From: Octopus bimaculoides
Taxonomy: Eukaryota
NCBI RefSeq assembly: GCF_001194135.2
Contig: NC_068984.1
Location: forward strand, 66,889,227 to 66,932,548
DNA: 43,322 nucleotides
Direction of reading: 5' to 3'
Shown: positions 1-12,639 of the stretch, one piece after another
Layout of the letters: each line of letters starts with the position of its first letter
Position numbering within the stretch: position 1 is the first letter of the stretch
Program-made: the position numbers and the translations under genes
Notes under the pieces: generated by a model
What the model was told of the DNA's origin: nothing
Seen by the model: only the letters and a program-made list of their open reading frames with translations
Databases searched by the model: none

Positions 1-1234
1 ATAATGGAAACACCTAGCATCATAGCATCATAATTTTGAAACATCTATAAAACCATTAAAAGCTTGTTTATTTTAATGTTTTGGGATTTATTATTAGTTT
101 TGCTTAATATGTTTTGCTAAAATTGCTGTTTCTTTTCAGATATCATCAGAAAAAGGTAATTAGAATTCATTAAAATGACAGAACGATTGGACTTTCAAAG
201 AAACCAAATTGTTGGTGCTCATATGGCAGTTGCTAACGTAATGAAAACAGCCGAAATGTTTGGTGTATCAAAAAGTACTGTCTTGAAAGTAATGACAGCC
301 TTTGAGAAAGAGGGAAAAAGCTCCTTGTTGAAACAAAACTCCGGAAAAAACCCAAAACTTTCAGCTAGGAACTGTTGGACTCTTAAGTGAATTGTTAAAA
401 AGGATCACAAAACTACAGCTCCCAAAATTACTGCAAAGCCTAATGACCACCTCAGGAACCCAGTTTCCACAAAATCTGTTCGCCGAGAACTGCACAAAGT
501 CGGATTTCATGGGAGGGTTGCACTCAGAAAACCACTACTTTCAAAAACAAACATTGCAAAGTGTTTAGAGTGGTCCCTAGAGAAGTGGAAGAATGTTATT
601 TTTTTGGACGAGTCATCCTTTATCTTATTTCCAACCACCAGCTAAATATACGTGTGGAGACAGCCAAAAGAAGCATTTGACCCAGACTGCCCACTTCCAA
701 CTGTTAAACATGGAGGAGGATCTGTAATGATCTGGTGGGCTGTATCTTGGAAATCTGCCAGCCCAATGGTTTCTCTTCATGGCAGAATTAATAGTCAAGA
801 CTATTTAAGCATTTTATCTGATCAAATTCATCTTATGCTTGCAGAACTTTCTGGAGGGAAATGCAATCTTTCAGGATGATAGTGCACCAATTCACACAGC
901 TAAAGTTGTTGCTGAATGGTACTAGCAACATTCTAGTGAAGTTGAACATCTTATCTGGCCACCACAGTCTCAAGATCTCAATATTATTGAACATTTATGG
1001 TGCATTTTAAGAAAAAAGTGAGGAGTCGATATCCTCCACCACCATCACAACAAGAACTAGAGACTGTTTTAGCTGAAGAATGGACAAAAATTTCTTTGGA
1101 AACAATTCAAACTTTGTGCGAGTCCATATCTCATAGATTTCAAACTGTAATTACTGCCAAAGGCGATCCTGCCCCATATTAAAATAAATTTGTTTGAAAT
1201 TTTAAGGTGTTTCCATTATTTTGTCCAACCCCTG
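1..1234 (+). mobile_element. Tc1/mariner DNA transposon, DD36E type, defective; left TIR starts ~15 bp before the window
   Basis: Bases 1-15 (ATAATGGAAACACCT) are the exact reverse complement of 1205-1219, within a right TIR 1205-1234 (…TTTGTCCAACCCCTG) followed by TA at 1235-1236. Transposase homology lies in between. Confidence 0.95.
175..1182 (+). pseudogene. Disrupted Tc1-family transposase (HTH + DDE)
   Basis: Motifs: IFLDESSF (D 607-609), TVKHGGGSVMIW, FQDDSAPIH (D 878-880), WPPQSQDLNIIEHLW (E 989-991). Stops at 388-390, 643-645 and 923-925; frameshifts near 850 and 1010. Confidence 0.93.
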
Positions 1235-1240
1235 TATATA

Positions 1241-1298
1241 TTGTGTGTGCATGTGTGTGTGCATGTGTGTGTGTATGTGTGTGCATATGTGTGTGCAT
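1241..1298. repeat. (TG)n/(TGCATG) microsatellite next to the Tc1 TA target
   Basis: Direct reading. Confidence 0.9.
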
Positions 1299-1352
1299 GA
1301 AATAAAATATTTCAAGAACTGCACTTAGATTGCAGACTTGGTTCACCAAAAG

Positions 1353-1586
1353 CAGTTGTTCTCATTCAGGATCCATAAAAGATTTCGCTGTTGAGGTTTG
1401 TGTGCAATAAATTGCTTATACTCCTAAAATACATAAAAAAAATTTTTTTTTAATATAATTCTTAATAATATTTAACTATATAAATATTATAGGATTTTTT
1501 AATACATGAAATGGCTATGAGGGTCTATCTAAGGAAAACTGGAAAATAAAGGGGTCCATTGGCAAAAAAATAGTTGAGAAACACTG
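1353..1586. mobile_element. hAT (Charlie-like) MITE, ~234 bp
   Basis: Left end CAGTTGTTCTCA, right end GTTGAGAAACACTG; 8-bp TSD ACCAAAAG (1345-1352) / ACCTAAAG (1587-1594), one mismatch. Confidence 0.7.
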
Positions 1587-2529
1587 ACCTAAAGCATACC
1601 ACTATTTCTCCATAGCCTTCAAAAGACTTCCCTTCTTCCTTTTGCCAAGTACTACAAAGTCGCTGTTGTCATCATCGTCATCACTACCATCATTATTCAC
1701 CTTCCATATTCCTTGCTGGCATGACGGATACCCTTCCTAATACGTATCACTTTACAGCATGCACTCAATGCTTTGTTTCATGTCACTAGCACTAAATAAG
1801 ACTGTCATGTAGGTGGGGGAGGGCAACTTTATGCTAGAAGATAAGGGGCAAAAAATGGCTACAATTAAAAAAGGAAGCATGAGCGTAATGAAGAGTGGAG
1901 CAGAGAATGTAGGAGATGGCTGATAGTGCTGAGCAGCAAAGTGATAAAGACAAAATCACATCTAAAAAAGTCATAGTTTAATTTCTGTTTGGAATCTTCA
2001 AAACTTTAGTCAATAATTTTATCATTTACAATAACTTCTATGTTTGTTGCAAAAGCTGTATCAGTTTCAAAGATAATAGTGGAGACAATGACCACTGTCT
2101 AAGAAAGAAAAGCAAAACATGACATGATTAAAGTAATAGTTTGGTACCCATATATTGACATTGTATGTAGTGTTTCTCATATCTTTCATTGAAACCATTC
2201 ATTTATTGATTTATGGTTTGGGAATGTTTATTGTAAAAGCACACAAGATGTTATATCAATACAATCTACTAATGGCTAAAGAGTGGTTTAGAGGTAGAAT
2301 GCTGCATAATGAAGTTTACAGCTCAGAGTTCTTTTTGTCTCTCTGTCTGTCTGGTAGATTTTTAAATTTCTTATTTGCAAGATTCCACCTCCACCATCAC
2401 CACCATTATCGTCATCATCATTTCTTTATGAATTGGTCATCCAGAGAGCAAAGAGCTTTCATCGATGGTTGGGTAATAGGGTACTCGATAATCAGATGAA
2501 AGGTTGTTATTGTTGTTGCTATTGTTGCG

Positions 2530-2730
2530 AACTTCTAGAGTCAGTTCTCATCAAGCAGACATACCATAAAAGGCATTCCAGCTATGATAATCCAATCTCT
2601 TTTTCAGATTAGGTGTTTGTATGACCATATTATCTGATGTGCTCTCCCATTTTATAAAAAAAAAAACAATAGGATGAGATACAAAAGAAATTTGGCTGCT
2701 GTTTCTAGCATCATGTAGATGTTCCTTCAT
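2530..2730 (+). repeat. Dispersed unclassified repeat, family F (core AAAGGCATTCCAGCTATGA…GCTGCTATTTCTAGCA; strand arbitrary)
   Basis: The same motifs recur near 9115, 11255, 18390, 19125, 35725, 38160 and 39170. Confidence 0.65.
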
Positions 2731-2999
2731 TGCTTCAAGCTGTGAAACTGGTGATCTGCATTCTATCATCATCAAGCAAGTGATGTTTAACTGGAGTCCT
2801 TATCTATTTTCTGAAAGGGGCTAATATTTCTGCTATATAAGTATATTTAGATTTAGACAAGGCTGTGTGAATTTTGAGTTCCCTTGGTAAGCACATGGAT
2901 CTTTCCTAACATGGAGCATATTGGGCAAGTGTTTTCTATTATAGTGCCTAGGGTGGCTGAATATCTTGCAAGTGGAATTGGAAGCTTATTGATTTTATA

Positions 3000-3480
<481 letters not shown>

Positions 3481-3849
3481 GAACTCCAAAATGTGGCAGT
3501 AAAAATGAGCGCACAAAAAAGAATGAACATTAGTTGTTTTAGCAAAAACCTAACTGAAGAAAAATTAGTATTTAAGCATGAGATAATGATATTTTTGTTA
3601 AGTTTTTTGGTGCTCATTTACAAAATTAGTTGCATTCCAAGGAGAATATTTCCAAATTAACAAGTATTGGAAGTCATTATAAGTAGGTGTGGTTCAAATT
3701 TCCATTAGCTGCTTCGTTTTATTTTTTTAATACATTAAGAAAACAATTGTCGCATAAACATCTTCATGTACTTCTTCACGAGCATCTAATACTCTAAAAT
3801 AAAATAAGTTGAATATTCCAAAAGAGGAAAATCTAGCCAGAAGACAAAC

Positions 3850-3985
3850 ATATATATATGTATGTTTGTATGTACATATGTATGTATGTGTGTGTATGTA
3901 TGTATGTGTATATGTATGTATTTATGTGTGTATGTATGTATGTATGTATGTATGTATGTATGTATGCACATACATATGTAGATAT
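3850..3985. repeat. (TATG)n/(TA)n microsatellite
   Basis: Direct reading. Confidence 0.9.
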
Positions 3986-5240
3986 ACTGAGAGAATTTTT
4001 CAAATAGAAATAGGTAGTTTTCATAATGGATAGTTCATATATGAATGTAATAAAAATGTTTCTTGGAATACTAAAACTCAGGCAATTAGTTCTTGAACAA
4101 AGAAGGGGAAAGACTGCAACATTATTTTAATGGAAGAAAGGTAATAGTTGGGTTAGTTTTTAAAAAAATGAGTTTGTTGCTGCTGCTGTTGCTGTTGTTG
4201 TCTTTGGATTTAAGATAGGTAGATGACATGTAATAGAAGACACAATGATCACTTTTTTCTCAAACTACTTAGTATGTAGTTTGAGGCATTGGGTTTTGTA
4301 TTATTTTATCTATGTTTTCACTTGATCATAACTGAAATCCTAGCAAGATATTTAGCTTCTAGGACATTTACTTTATAACAACAGCAATTGTAGTCATAGA
4401 AAATCTTAATGCATTTCTCTCAGTTTCTGTTTTATAGAGGACAAATCCTATCTGAAAGTATTTTCATGGCCATAATATGCTTATTGCTACAAGGTTAGGG
4501 AAAATATATGGTATATTTGAAAATACTACACTATTTTGTACAAACCCATGTTCTTTTATTATGTTCTCAGCATGATCAAATGATTAAAAAGTTTGCTTTT
4601 CTTTTCATCCTTCTAAAAATGAAGAAATACATATTGGGGTTGGAGTAATCAACTAATAACTATTTGGCCACCCCCAAATATGACTGCAGTTTAAAGACTG
4701 AAACCAGGAAAAGATACGAAAATAACAAAGTATAGAGTTGTTAAGATGCCCAAAACTGTATTTTCATATATTCTGTGAACTTCTAAACCCTAAAAGAATC
4801 AATTTTCATCACATATATATCTCCAGTCAAATGAAAAATATTCTTCCTGTATTCAACATGCAAGATTCTTGATGTGAACCTGTATGCTGAAACATATATT
4901 TTCTGCAGGGAGGGTCACTATTCCAATAAACATGCACACCAGTTTTATTTTACTTTATTATTCACATTTGGTTATCTATTTAACAAATGAACTAATAAAT
5001 TATTTGATTGATTACACTGTGTAACAAAATTTTTATTTTTATTTATTTATTTTTTTGTCTTTGTTCAGTAAGTGTTATTTCCTATTTGCTTCTATCTAGA
5101 AATAAAACAAAAAATGACTACGTCTCCCTTCAAAATTTGTTTCATGTCCTGGAGACCAATGTTTTGAAACTGACCTATTTTCCATTACATTTCAGGCAGA
5201 TTCATCTCTGAGTTGCTGAAACAGAATTATCAATATAACA

Positions 5241-5400
5241 AATACTACAGATTGGCTTGTAAGTTGCTTAACCTTAACCACTTGAACTTATCCCTTAGTG
5301 GCTGACAATATGTGCATCTCTAATCAAGAACAGGAGTGCACAGTGGAGAAGCATCATAGCCATGTGATGAGAGGGATTCTTTGGGATTTGAATAGATATT
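5241..5400 (+). mobile_element. Partial decayed copy of the ~540-bp family G element
   Basis: CCTTAACCACTTGAAC…CCCTTAGTGGCTGACAATATGTGCATCTC…GCATCATAGCCATGTG matches 29085-29235. Confidence 0.75.
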
Positions 5401-5616
5401 GCAGCAAAAGCAAAGTTTGGAGGAAATATTAGCCATTTATCATAGTCTCTAGTTGGTAAGCAAATGGGACAAAAATCATGTTACACAGTGCTATACAGTT
5501 AATTAATCAATAAGTTATTTTTGTTGAAGTCCTTTCATTGTCACTTGTGGTCTCTTCATTGTCATACCCACAAGGTCAGCTTCAGGTCTGTAGAATTCTT
5601 TTTTTCTTTCTTGCCT

Positions 5617-5800
5617 TTAACCCTCCAACGCGGAGTATAGGCCACTTATAATTGAATTCCATCTCGCATAATTTCTTGCTTCTGTACTTATACTCTGCCA
5701 TGAATGTCCTCCTTTCTCTAGTTCCTTTTGTGTTGATCTACACCACAAGTTCTTAGGCCTACCCCTCTTTCTATATCCATCTGGATTCCACTGTAAAGCA
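5617..5800 (-). mobile_element. RTE-clade LINE ORF C-terminal remnant
   Basis: Minus-strand ALQWNPDGYRKRGRPKNLWCR…SWQSISTEARNYARWNSIISGL matches the RTE C-terminal W-x-P-x-G-x-R-x-RGRP…W motif. Confidence 0.8.
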
Positions 5801-7173
5801 CATAAAAAAGAATTAAAGCCTGCCCCCACCTCAAAAATACAACAACAAAAAAGATCCTGGTAGAAATGAAGGTCTCTTTTTATAACTTCACAACTGGGAT
5901 CTTGCAATTTGTTTAGTGTGGTGGACTTGAAAACACCTGTTTCTATTTCTATTTTATTTCTATTTCTATTTATGCTACCATCTATTCTTTCACCTTTGTT
6001 GACTTCCATGACTTTGGATTTTGTTACAAGTTATTCTAGCAATTCCTTTATATTAAGATTTATTATTATTATTTTATCATTTTTTATGTAATTAAATAGT
6101 GCAAGGTTTCGGTATATTTTAAAACTGAAATTGTAATTGAAGTAAACATTGAAGTCAAAAGAAAAAGAAGTGAAATATAGTCGACTCTTCCCAAATAAGA
6201 TATTCTAAAAACTGTATATTCTAAAAACTGTAAATAAAGAATTCTTTTCCAAGTTTGTCTGGTTACAGCATGAGCTTGTTTGTAAAATGGACCTTCTACG
6301 CACACCGAAAATAAATAAAAACAAAAACAAAAAAAAACAAATAAAAAGACAGTTACTCATTCTATCTAGTGCTGATTAATTACAGTGATCTGATAGTAAT
6401 TAACGATGTTTTTCAGTGCTGACAGGTCTACTAAAGGTAGCTGAACTGAGAAATGTAAAAATTTAATTTGGAAATATTTTTCCATTTGTAATATTAACAA
6501 ATATAAGGATGGTGCATTGTCAGAATTATTAGAGTGTTGGACAAACCATGTTACAGTATTTAGTTACTACATATTTCTTTCAAATCATATCAAGGGCAGC
6601 TTTGTTTTTTGTGGTTCTGGAGTAGGCTGATAAAATAAAGAACTAAACTAATAATTTATCAGTTGAATACTGCACTAACTCTATCCTCTTCACCTATGTG
6701 TTCCCTTGTGCCAATGTCAGAAATTAAGGCCCATTAGTAGAAGTAATAGTAGTGTTATGCCATTGAAAACTATATCTGAATTTCAATGTATCTTATCCTG
6801 GTTAAATACCAACCGATATTATCCATTGTATTTATGTGCTGTTGGTTGTTTAAAAAATAGAAATTTTACAATAAATCATTATTCGCGCCATGAACAGCAA
6901 AATATGAAATGATGATTTGCATATTTATTGTTAATATGTTCCAGCAAATTCAAATACAAATAAGTTTACTATTGTTGTGTATGTCACAGGAAAAGAAGTT
7001 CTCTTTTTACAATGATTTGTATGTCTTGTGTCTTGTCTTTGCTGAAATTATAAAAGAATACTCCCAGCTCTTGTTTAAACTCAAAGGTCCAGGAGTGCTT
7101 TTGGCTGATGAGACACAATATTGAAACTCCAATGTGTCAGAATCCCTTACACAAATCAGTTGACTGCATTATA

Positions 7174-7455
7174 AACACATTGTTGTTGTACAGGGAGAAA
7201 TTGTTCTCCTGTTCCTGTGACATACACAACAGCAATCAGCATATCTGCATTCAAATCTGCCTGAATGTATTAAGTATAAATATGCAAGTCATTGTTAGAA
7301 TATTTATTCTGTGTTACGAACACATTGTCATTGTAAAGGGAGAAATTGTTCTCCTGTGACATGCACAACAGTGATCAGCATATCTACATTTAAATCTGCC
7401 TGAATATATAAAGAATAAATATGCAAGTCATCATTAGAATATCTATTCTATGTCA
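7174..7455. repeat. Diverged two-unit tandem duplication, period ~145 bp
   Basis: AACACATTGT…AGGGAGAAATTGTTCTCCTG…CAGCATATCT…AAATCTGCCTGAAT…ATAAATATGCAAGTCAT starts at 7174 and again at 7319; unit 2 lacks TTCCTG. Confidence 0.85.
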
Positions 7456-7540
7456 GAATATGATGAAAACATTGGGAGAAAGAATTGTCAGCTAACTCAA
7501 GGGAAAAAAAAAAAATCTTGTCATATTTAATTCAATTACA

Positions 7541-7690
7541 ACTCTTTATGTTCTGTGTTCAAATGTGGTTGAGGTCAACTTTGCTTTTCATCCTACTGGG
7601 GTTGATTGAATAAAGTAACTATAAAATACTCGACTTAATTTAATTGACTTACTTTCTAAAGATGTGTATAGTCTTGTGCCTATATTATAA
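7541..7690 (+). mobile_element. SINE family A fragment (5'-truncated, decayed)
   Basis: GTTCAAAT…GAGGTCAACTTTGCTTTTCATCCT…GGGGTTGAT…CTTGTGCCTA matches the family A core. Confidence 0.7.
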
Positions 7691-8659
7691 ATAAATATTA
7701 CTGCTATATGACCAATTAAAGAAAGATACTTGACTACACTGAAAGGACAACCATGGTAAATAGTCTTTGGCATGTGCCTATAAGAATGGCTCTCATGACA
7801 TTGTTATGAACTGCGCATACAACACGATTGTTTCTAAACAATGATACTACAAATACAAAATATATTTCAAATTACTTTTGGGAGAAATATTTTCCAACAA
7901 TATTTAGTAGCAACAAGCAAAGAAAATAAACAATTATTCATATTTGCTTAATAGTTATAAATTTATTCTTTCTCTTATAACTTCTGGAATGTAATAGGAC
8001 AAGAACAGAAGAAAATATATATTGTGAACAACTTTTAATATTCTGCAATTTAAAACTGCTGCAGACATGTATCCGTTTTTCTATTTTTTTTCAACATAAT
8101 TTATCAAATTTCTCTATTCTGTTTAGAAATGGAACATATATATATAAAATATCTAAATTTTGTATAGGTATGATAATAAGCTACAAAAGTATAACCTGAC
8201 TATAATTTTTCTTTTATGGAATTTCATGAAAATGAAGTCCCTCTAACTTTTAAACTAAAATCCTCTCAGCATTTAGTTACAAATTTAAATTATAGATACA
8301 AGTATTTTATATTTGAAATTGCTATCTGAATCAATTATATTATCTTTTAAAATTTTCTTTTTAATGTGCTTTTTATAGCCTTATAAGGATATTTCAATAA
8401 ACAGGTTGCAAAAGTATAATCAAAAATGATTTGAGAAAAACTTTTAAAGATTTATTTGCCTGCATTCTTTCAAATTTTATTTGATAAATCTATCAAGACA
8501 CCCTGAACCCCTTTCTTAGAATCAATATTCCAATTCAAACTACAGGCTTTCAATTTTCTATTTCTCTTTGTACAAAATAAGATTCTAGAGTATTTAGAAT
8601 GTCATTTTATTTAATGATTTTAGTTAAGTGTTGCTCAGAGAAAGCAGAGCCATTCATAT

Positions 8660-8790
8660 GATGATGATGATAATGACGATGAGAGAGAGAAGGATGATAC
8701 AATGATGATAATAACGATGATAATGATATCAATAACAAGAACTGTAACAGCAGCAGCAAGAACAACAATAATAACAACTATAATAATTTT
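8660..8790. repeat. Compound trinucleotide repeat (GAT/AAT/AAC/CAG)
   Basis: Direct reading. Confidence 0.8.
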
Positions 8791-8924
8791 TATAATGACA
8801 TGTGTTTATATATGTAACTGAAACTGTACCAGCCCTTCTTCACATCACATATCACACCCTCCTTGTGTAATTTATACCTCACACCACTTCTTTCATCAAC
8901 CATCTCTGTAAAGAAAGGGAACAG

Positions 8925-8929
8925 AGACA

Positions 8930-8965
<36 letters not shown>

Positions 8966-9040
8966 AAATAAAGAGAGGGGGGAAAGTAAGGAAATAGAGA
9001 AGGGGAAAATAAAAGGAAGGTAGAGAGAGAAGGGAAGTAA
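8925..9040. repeat. (GA)n / polypurine tract
   Basis: Direct reading. Confidence 0.85.
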
Positions 9041-9114
9041 ATGATTAAGGTGATGTCAAGGTATACCAGCTGGTCCCAGTTTTCAGCAAGATAACTTTTA
9101 CATACTTGCTTGGT

Positions 9115-9282
9115 CTACTAGAATTGTAGCTAAATATCTTCTAAATCACATCATACTGTCTTAAATAAAGATACTAAACAATGTAGCTTCTGATATACAA
9201 GAACAACAGAATGGTTACACCTGCAATGCCTTTCATCACAGGTCAGTTCGATTAGACCTGATCTGGAACTAAACAACAACAG
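9115..9282 (-). repeat. Family F repeat copy
   Basis: CTAGAATTGTAGCTAAAT…GCAATGCCTTT…TAGACCTGATC is the reverse complement of family F motifs. Confidence 0.6.
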
Positions 9283-9430
9283 CTAAGTTAATTCCAAATC
9301 AACAGGATAATGCCTCTGTGTGGTTAATCAACTTGCTAGAAATAGCAGCTAAATTCCACCTATCCCCAACTTACTGACTTAGATTAAGAAAGAACACACC
9401 AAACAATCTAGTACTATAAACACAAAGAGG

Positions 9431-9434
<4 letters not shown>

Positions 9435-9502
<68 letters not shown>
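9435..9502. repeat. (TA)n microsatellite
   Basis: Direct reading. Confidence 0.95.
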
Positions 9503-9509
<7 letters not shown>

Positions 9510-9559
9510 GGAGAAAACTGTTCAGAGGACTGTTTCTTGTAGTAATGATAATTATTGTT

Positions 9560-9830
9560 TCTAGCAGAAAGCCTAAAATTTTGGGGAAGGTGTTAGTCAA
9601 TCTAATTGATGCCAGTACTTCAGTGGTACTTATTTTATCAACTCTGAAAAGCTGAAATATGAAGTTGGTCACAATTCTTATTTGTGTCCATAACAATTCG
9701 CAGCTCTCGAGTCAGTCCGAACCCACCATCCGCAGCAGGTCTCCAAGGTGTACAGTTCTAATCCAGCCTGGCTTAGAACTCAGAACATGAAATGCAGCAC
9801 AAAGTATTTTTCCTGATGTTCTACTTATTT
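9560..9830 (-). mobile_element. SINE family A copy interrupted by a ~100-bp insert containing a 28S rRNA fragment
   Basis: CCTAAAATTTTGGGGAAGG…GGTACTTATTTTATCAAC…GAAGTTGGTC, then the insert, then GAACTCAGAACATGAAA. Confidence 0.65.
9704..9755 (+). pseudogene. Short 28S (LSU) rRNA-derived fragment
   Basis: 9728-9750 ATCCGCAGCAGGTCTCCAAGGTG is identical to the conserved eukaryotic 28S core CGTACCCATATCCGCAGCAGGTCTCCAAGGTGAACAG as I recall it; flanking CGAACCCA and TACAG also align. Confidence 0.8.
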
Positions 9831-9942
9831 TACCAATCCATCTCTCCTAATAAATTGTTCTCAATTGGCACAAGCTGAGGCGTTTTAAGGGATGAATTAG
9901 TTAATTAAAGTAAACTTGGTGCTTTACTAGTATTTTGTTATT

Positions 9943-10139
9943 CTTTCTATTACAGGCACAAAGCCTGAAATTTTGCTGAGTAGCCAGTCAATTTCATTGA
10001 CCCCACTGCTCAAATGGTACTTATTTTATGAACAGCAAAAAAAAATGGAAGGTAAAGTTGAACTTAGAACATAAAGCCAGAATAAATGTAACTAAACATT
10101 TTGTCCAGTATGTTAATGATTCTGGGAGTTTGCTGCCTT
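9943..10139 (-). mobile_element. SINE family A copy
   Basis: AGGCACAAAGCCTGAAATTTT…ATTGACCCCACTGCTCAAATGGTACTTATTTTAT…GAACTTAGAAC…GCTGCCTT. Confidence 0.75.
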
Positions 10140-10261
10140 CACTTCTACTTTATCGTATTTACCCTGAAAAAATGAAAGACCAAGTTGACTTTTCTGAGAT
10201 TTGAGCTGAAAATGTAAAAATATGGCCAGTTTACCATCTGCATAATTGTTTCTGATATAGT

Positions 10262-10935
10262 TGCAAGCACAAGAATTTGGTAGGAGAATAACAGTTGTAT
10301 ATATCTACCCCCTAGTGGAGGTGCAATGGTCCAGTGGTTAGGACAGCGGACTCACGGTCATAGGATCGCGGTTTTGATTCCCAGACTAGGCATTGTGAGT
10401 GTTTATTGAGCGAAAACACCTAAAGCTCCACGAGGCTCCAGCAGGGGATGGTGGCGAACCCTGCTGTACTCTTTCACCACAACTTTCTCTCACTCTTACT
10501 TCCTGTTTCTGTTGTGCCTGTAATTCAAAGGGTCAGCCTTGTCACACTGTGTCATGCTGAATATCCCTAAGAACTACGTTAAGGGTACACGTGTCTGTGG
10601 AATGCTCAGCCACTTGCACGTTAATTTCACGAGCAGGCTGTTCCGTTGATCGGATCAACTGGAACCCTCGACGTCATAAGCAATGGAGTGCCAACAAAAA
10701 CAACAGCATATCTACCCCTGTAATTGATTAAAATTTTTTTCTTTTTTCACTACAGAAGGATGAATTTTGAATTTCATAGGCATATTGCCTGAAATTTAGG
10801 GAAAGGGGTTTAAATAAATCTACCCTAGTTCTTGATATTTTATTTTACCAACCCCAAGAGGATGAAAGCAAATCTTGACCTATGAGGTTTGAATTCAGAA
10901 TGTAAAGAGCTGGAACAAATCTTGCATTTACCCAC
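10262..10935 (-). mobile_element. Decayed family A copies; the first is split by the family C insertion
   Basis: GCACAAGAATTTGG…TCTACCCC | CTGTAATTGATT…AGAAGGATGAA, then a second copy AGGCATATTGCCTGAAATTT…GGATGAAAGC…GAATTCAGAATGTAAAG. Confidence 0.55.
10314..10707 (+). mobile_element. Near-intact ~390-bp tRNA-derived SINE (family C) with an 11-bp TSD
   Basis: A-box TGGTCCAGTGGTTAGG, B-box GGTTTTGATTCCC, (CAA)n-like tail; ATATCTACCCC at 10301-10311 and 10708-10718. Confidence 0.9.
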
Positions 10936-12250
10936 AGTGACGTTAAAAGTTATTAATTCAGTATTCACAATTACACAAACAAATCACTAAAATATTTTCA
11001 TTTTCCAGTAAATAGCTTATATAATAATTGAATTAGTTCTTAATGTATTTGCTTGATAATTTATATATTTATATTTTTAAAATACCATTTTTGATTAATG
11101 ATTAAAAGTAATTTCATAAACTTCAAAATAAAAAGAGGAAACTATTGCAATTATTATTTTCAAGAAAACATTCTTGAAAGTATATTAAATATTTATTTTT
11201 CTTTACAGAACTTATCTTACTCAATAGAATCCTTTTAATGTTTGTAGTTATTGTTGTTTAGTTTCAGTTTAGTACTGATCACATACTTATGATCAAATGT
11301 ATTTCAACTGTGATCATACTATCTTCTTGGACCATAATTATTTTGAGTTATGGGGAGTTTTAGCCAGGTTTGCTATGATTGCTTTATATTCACTGAAAAA
11401 AGTTGATGTATCCTAAATCAAACAAAAATCAAATTCAAAAGAACTACATTGAACTACATTGGTTACTCTGGTCTCAGCTGTAAATGTCCACCTGTTGTAT
11501 AGTCATGGAAATTACATGTTGTTGGAATTCTTAAGAACTGTCTCAGGCTATGAGTACCCATTCAACCCATGCCAGCATGGAATGTGGAAAAAAACCATAT
11601 TTTCTGTCCTACAAGTCAAATTCATTAGATCAAAATTTACAACTAAAAAAAAAAGCTTAGACTTAAACACCAACTTTGGAGGACCAAAATTTCCATGTGA
11701 AATGCGGCAGGATTTAGAAAGACAGTGATGATATTTTGAATGTTTATACTCTGTGTTTGCCTTGTATATGATATCAACTTGTGCAGCACAAAATAGTGTG
11801 AAATAATTCTGCAACAACCTTCAAATATTATGATTGCTTGCATCCAACAATGTTTCTTAAATAGAAAGAATACTTAAGAGTTTGTCTATTCTTTCAATCT
11901 TCCTGTTTTCTTCCTATTAGAGCACAGTATTTGATGCATCAAAAAACTATTAACAAACGTTGTATGGGGTTAAATGAACACAGCAAGGTGTTTAATTCAA
12001 TACTATTATTTATGCGATCCAGAACCTTCTACTACCTGCATATTAGTAGATGCCAAGAAGGAAGCTTTATGTAGTTACTCAAACTACAAGAATATAGCAA
12101 CTAAATTTTATTTAAATCGCACCTACTACTTTCAAAAGGGAAGGTCATATTGGATAGAATATAGTTCTGGATGCGATATGTCTTGAAGGAAAAACGAAGA
12201 TCAACATTGCTAGAAATTGAGATAGGAACAGTTGTTATTTTCTTCATATA

Positions 12251-12466
12251 TTGGTTTCAAATTTTGGCACAAGACCAGCAAATTTGGGAGAGGGGATAAG
12301 TTGATTACATCGACTCCAGTTCTTAAATGGCACTTAACTTATTGGCTCTGAAAGGATGAAAGGCAAAGCAGATCTTGGCAGAATGTGAACTCAGAATATG
12401 TAAAGGGATGAAATGCCAATAAATATTTTGTCTGACATGCTAATGATTCTACCAGTTTGACGCCTT
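12251..12466 (-). mobile_element. SINE family A, full length
   Basis: TTGGTTTCAAATTTTGGCACAAG…GAAAGGATGAAAGGCAAAG…GAACTCAGAA…GACGCCTT. Confidence 0.85.
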
Positions 12467-12639
12467 ATTATCTTCATGTATTAAAATCTGTTTTTCCAAG
12501 CATTATTTTTCCACACATACACATACATATATACATACATACATACATTCATATATACAAATATGTATAGTATAATAAAAAGGATTAAAATCTGATCTGT
12601 GTCCTCAGGAAGCATTTCTACAAAATCTTGGCTCTCAAT

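Noticed and set aside
7185-7215. EKLFSCSCDI resembling a C2H2 zinc-finger linker (TGEKPF.C)
   Set aside because: No second Cys or His pair follows, and the repeat period is 145 bp, not 84 bp.
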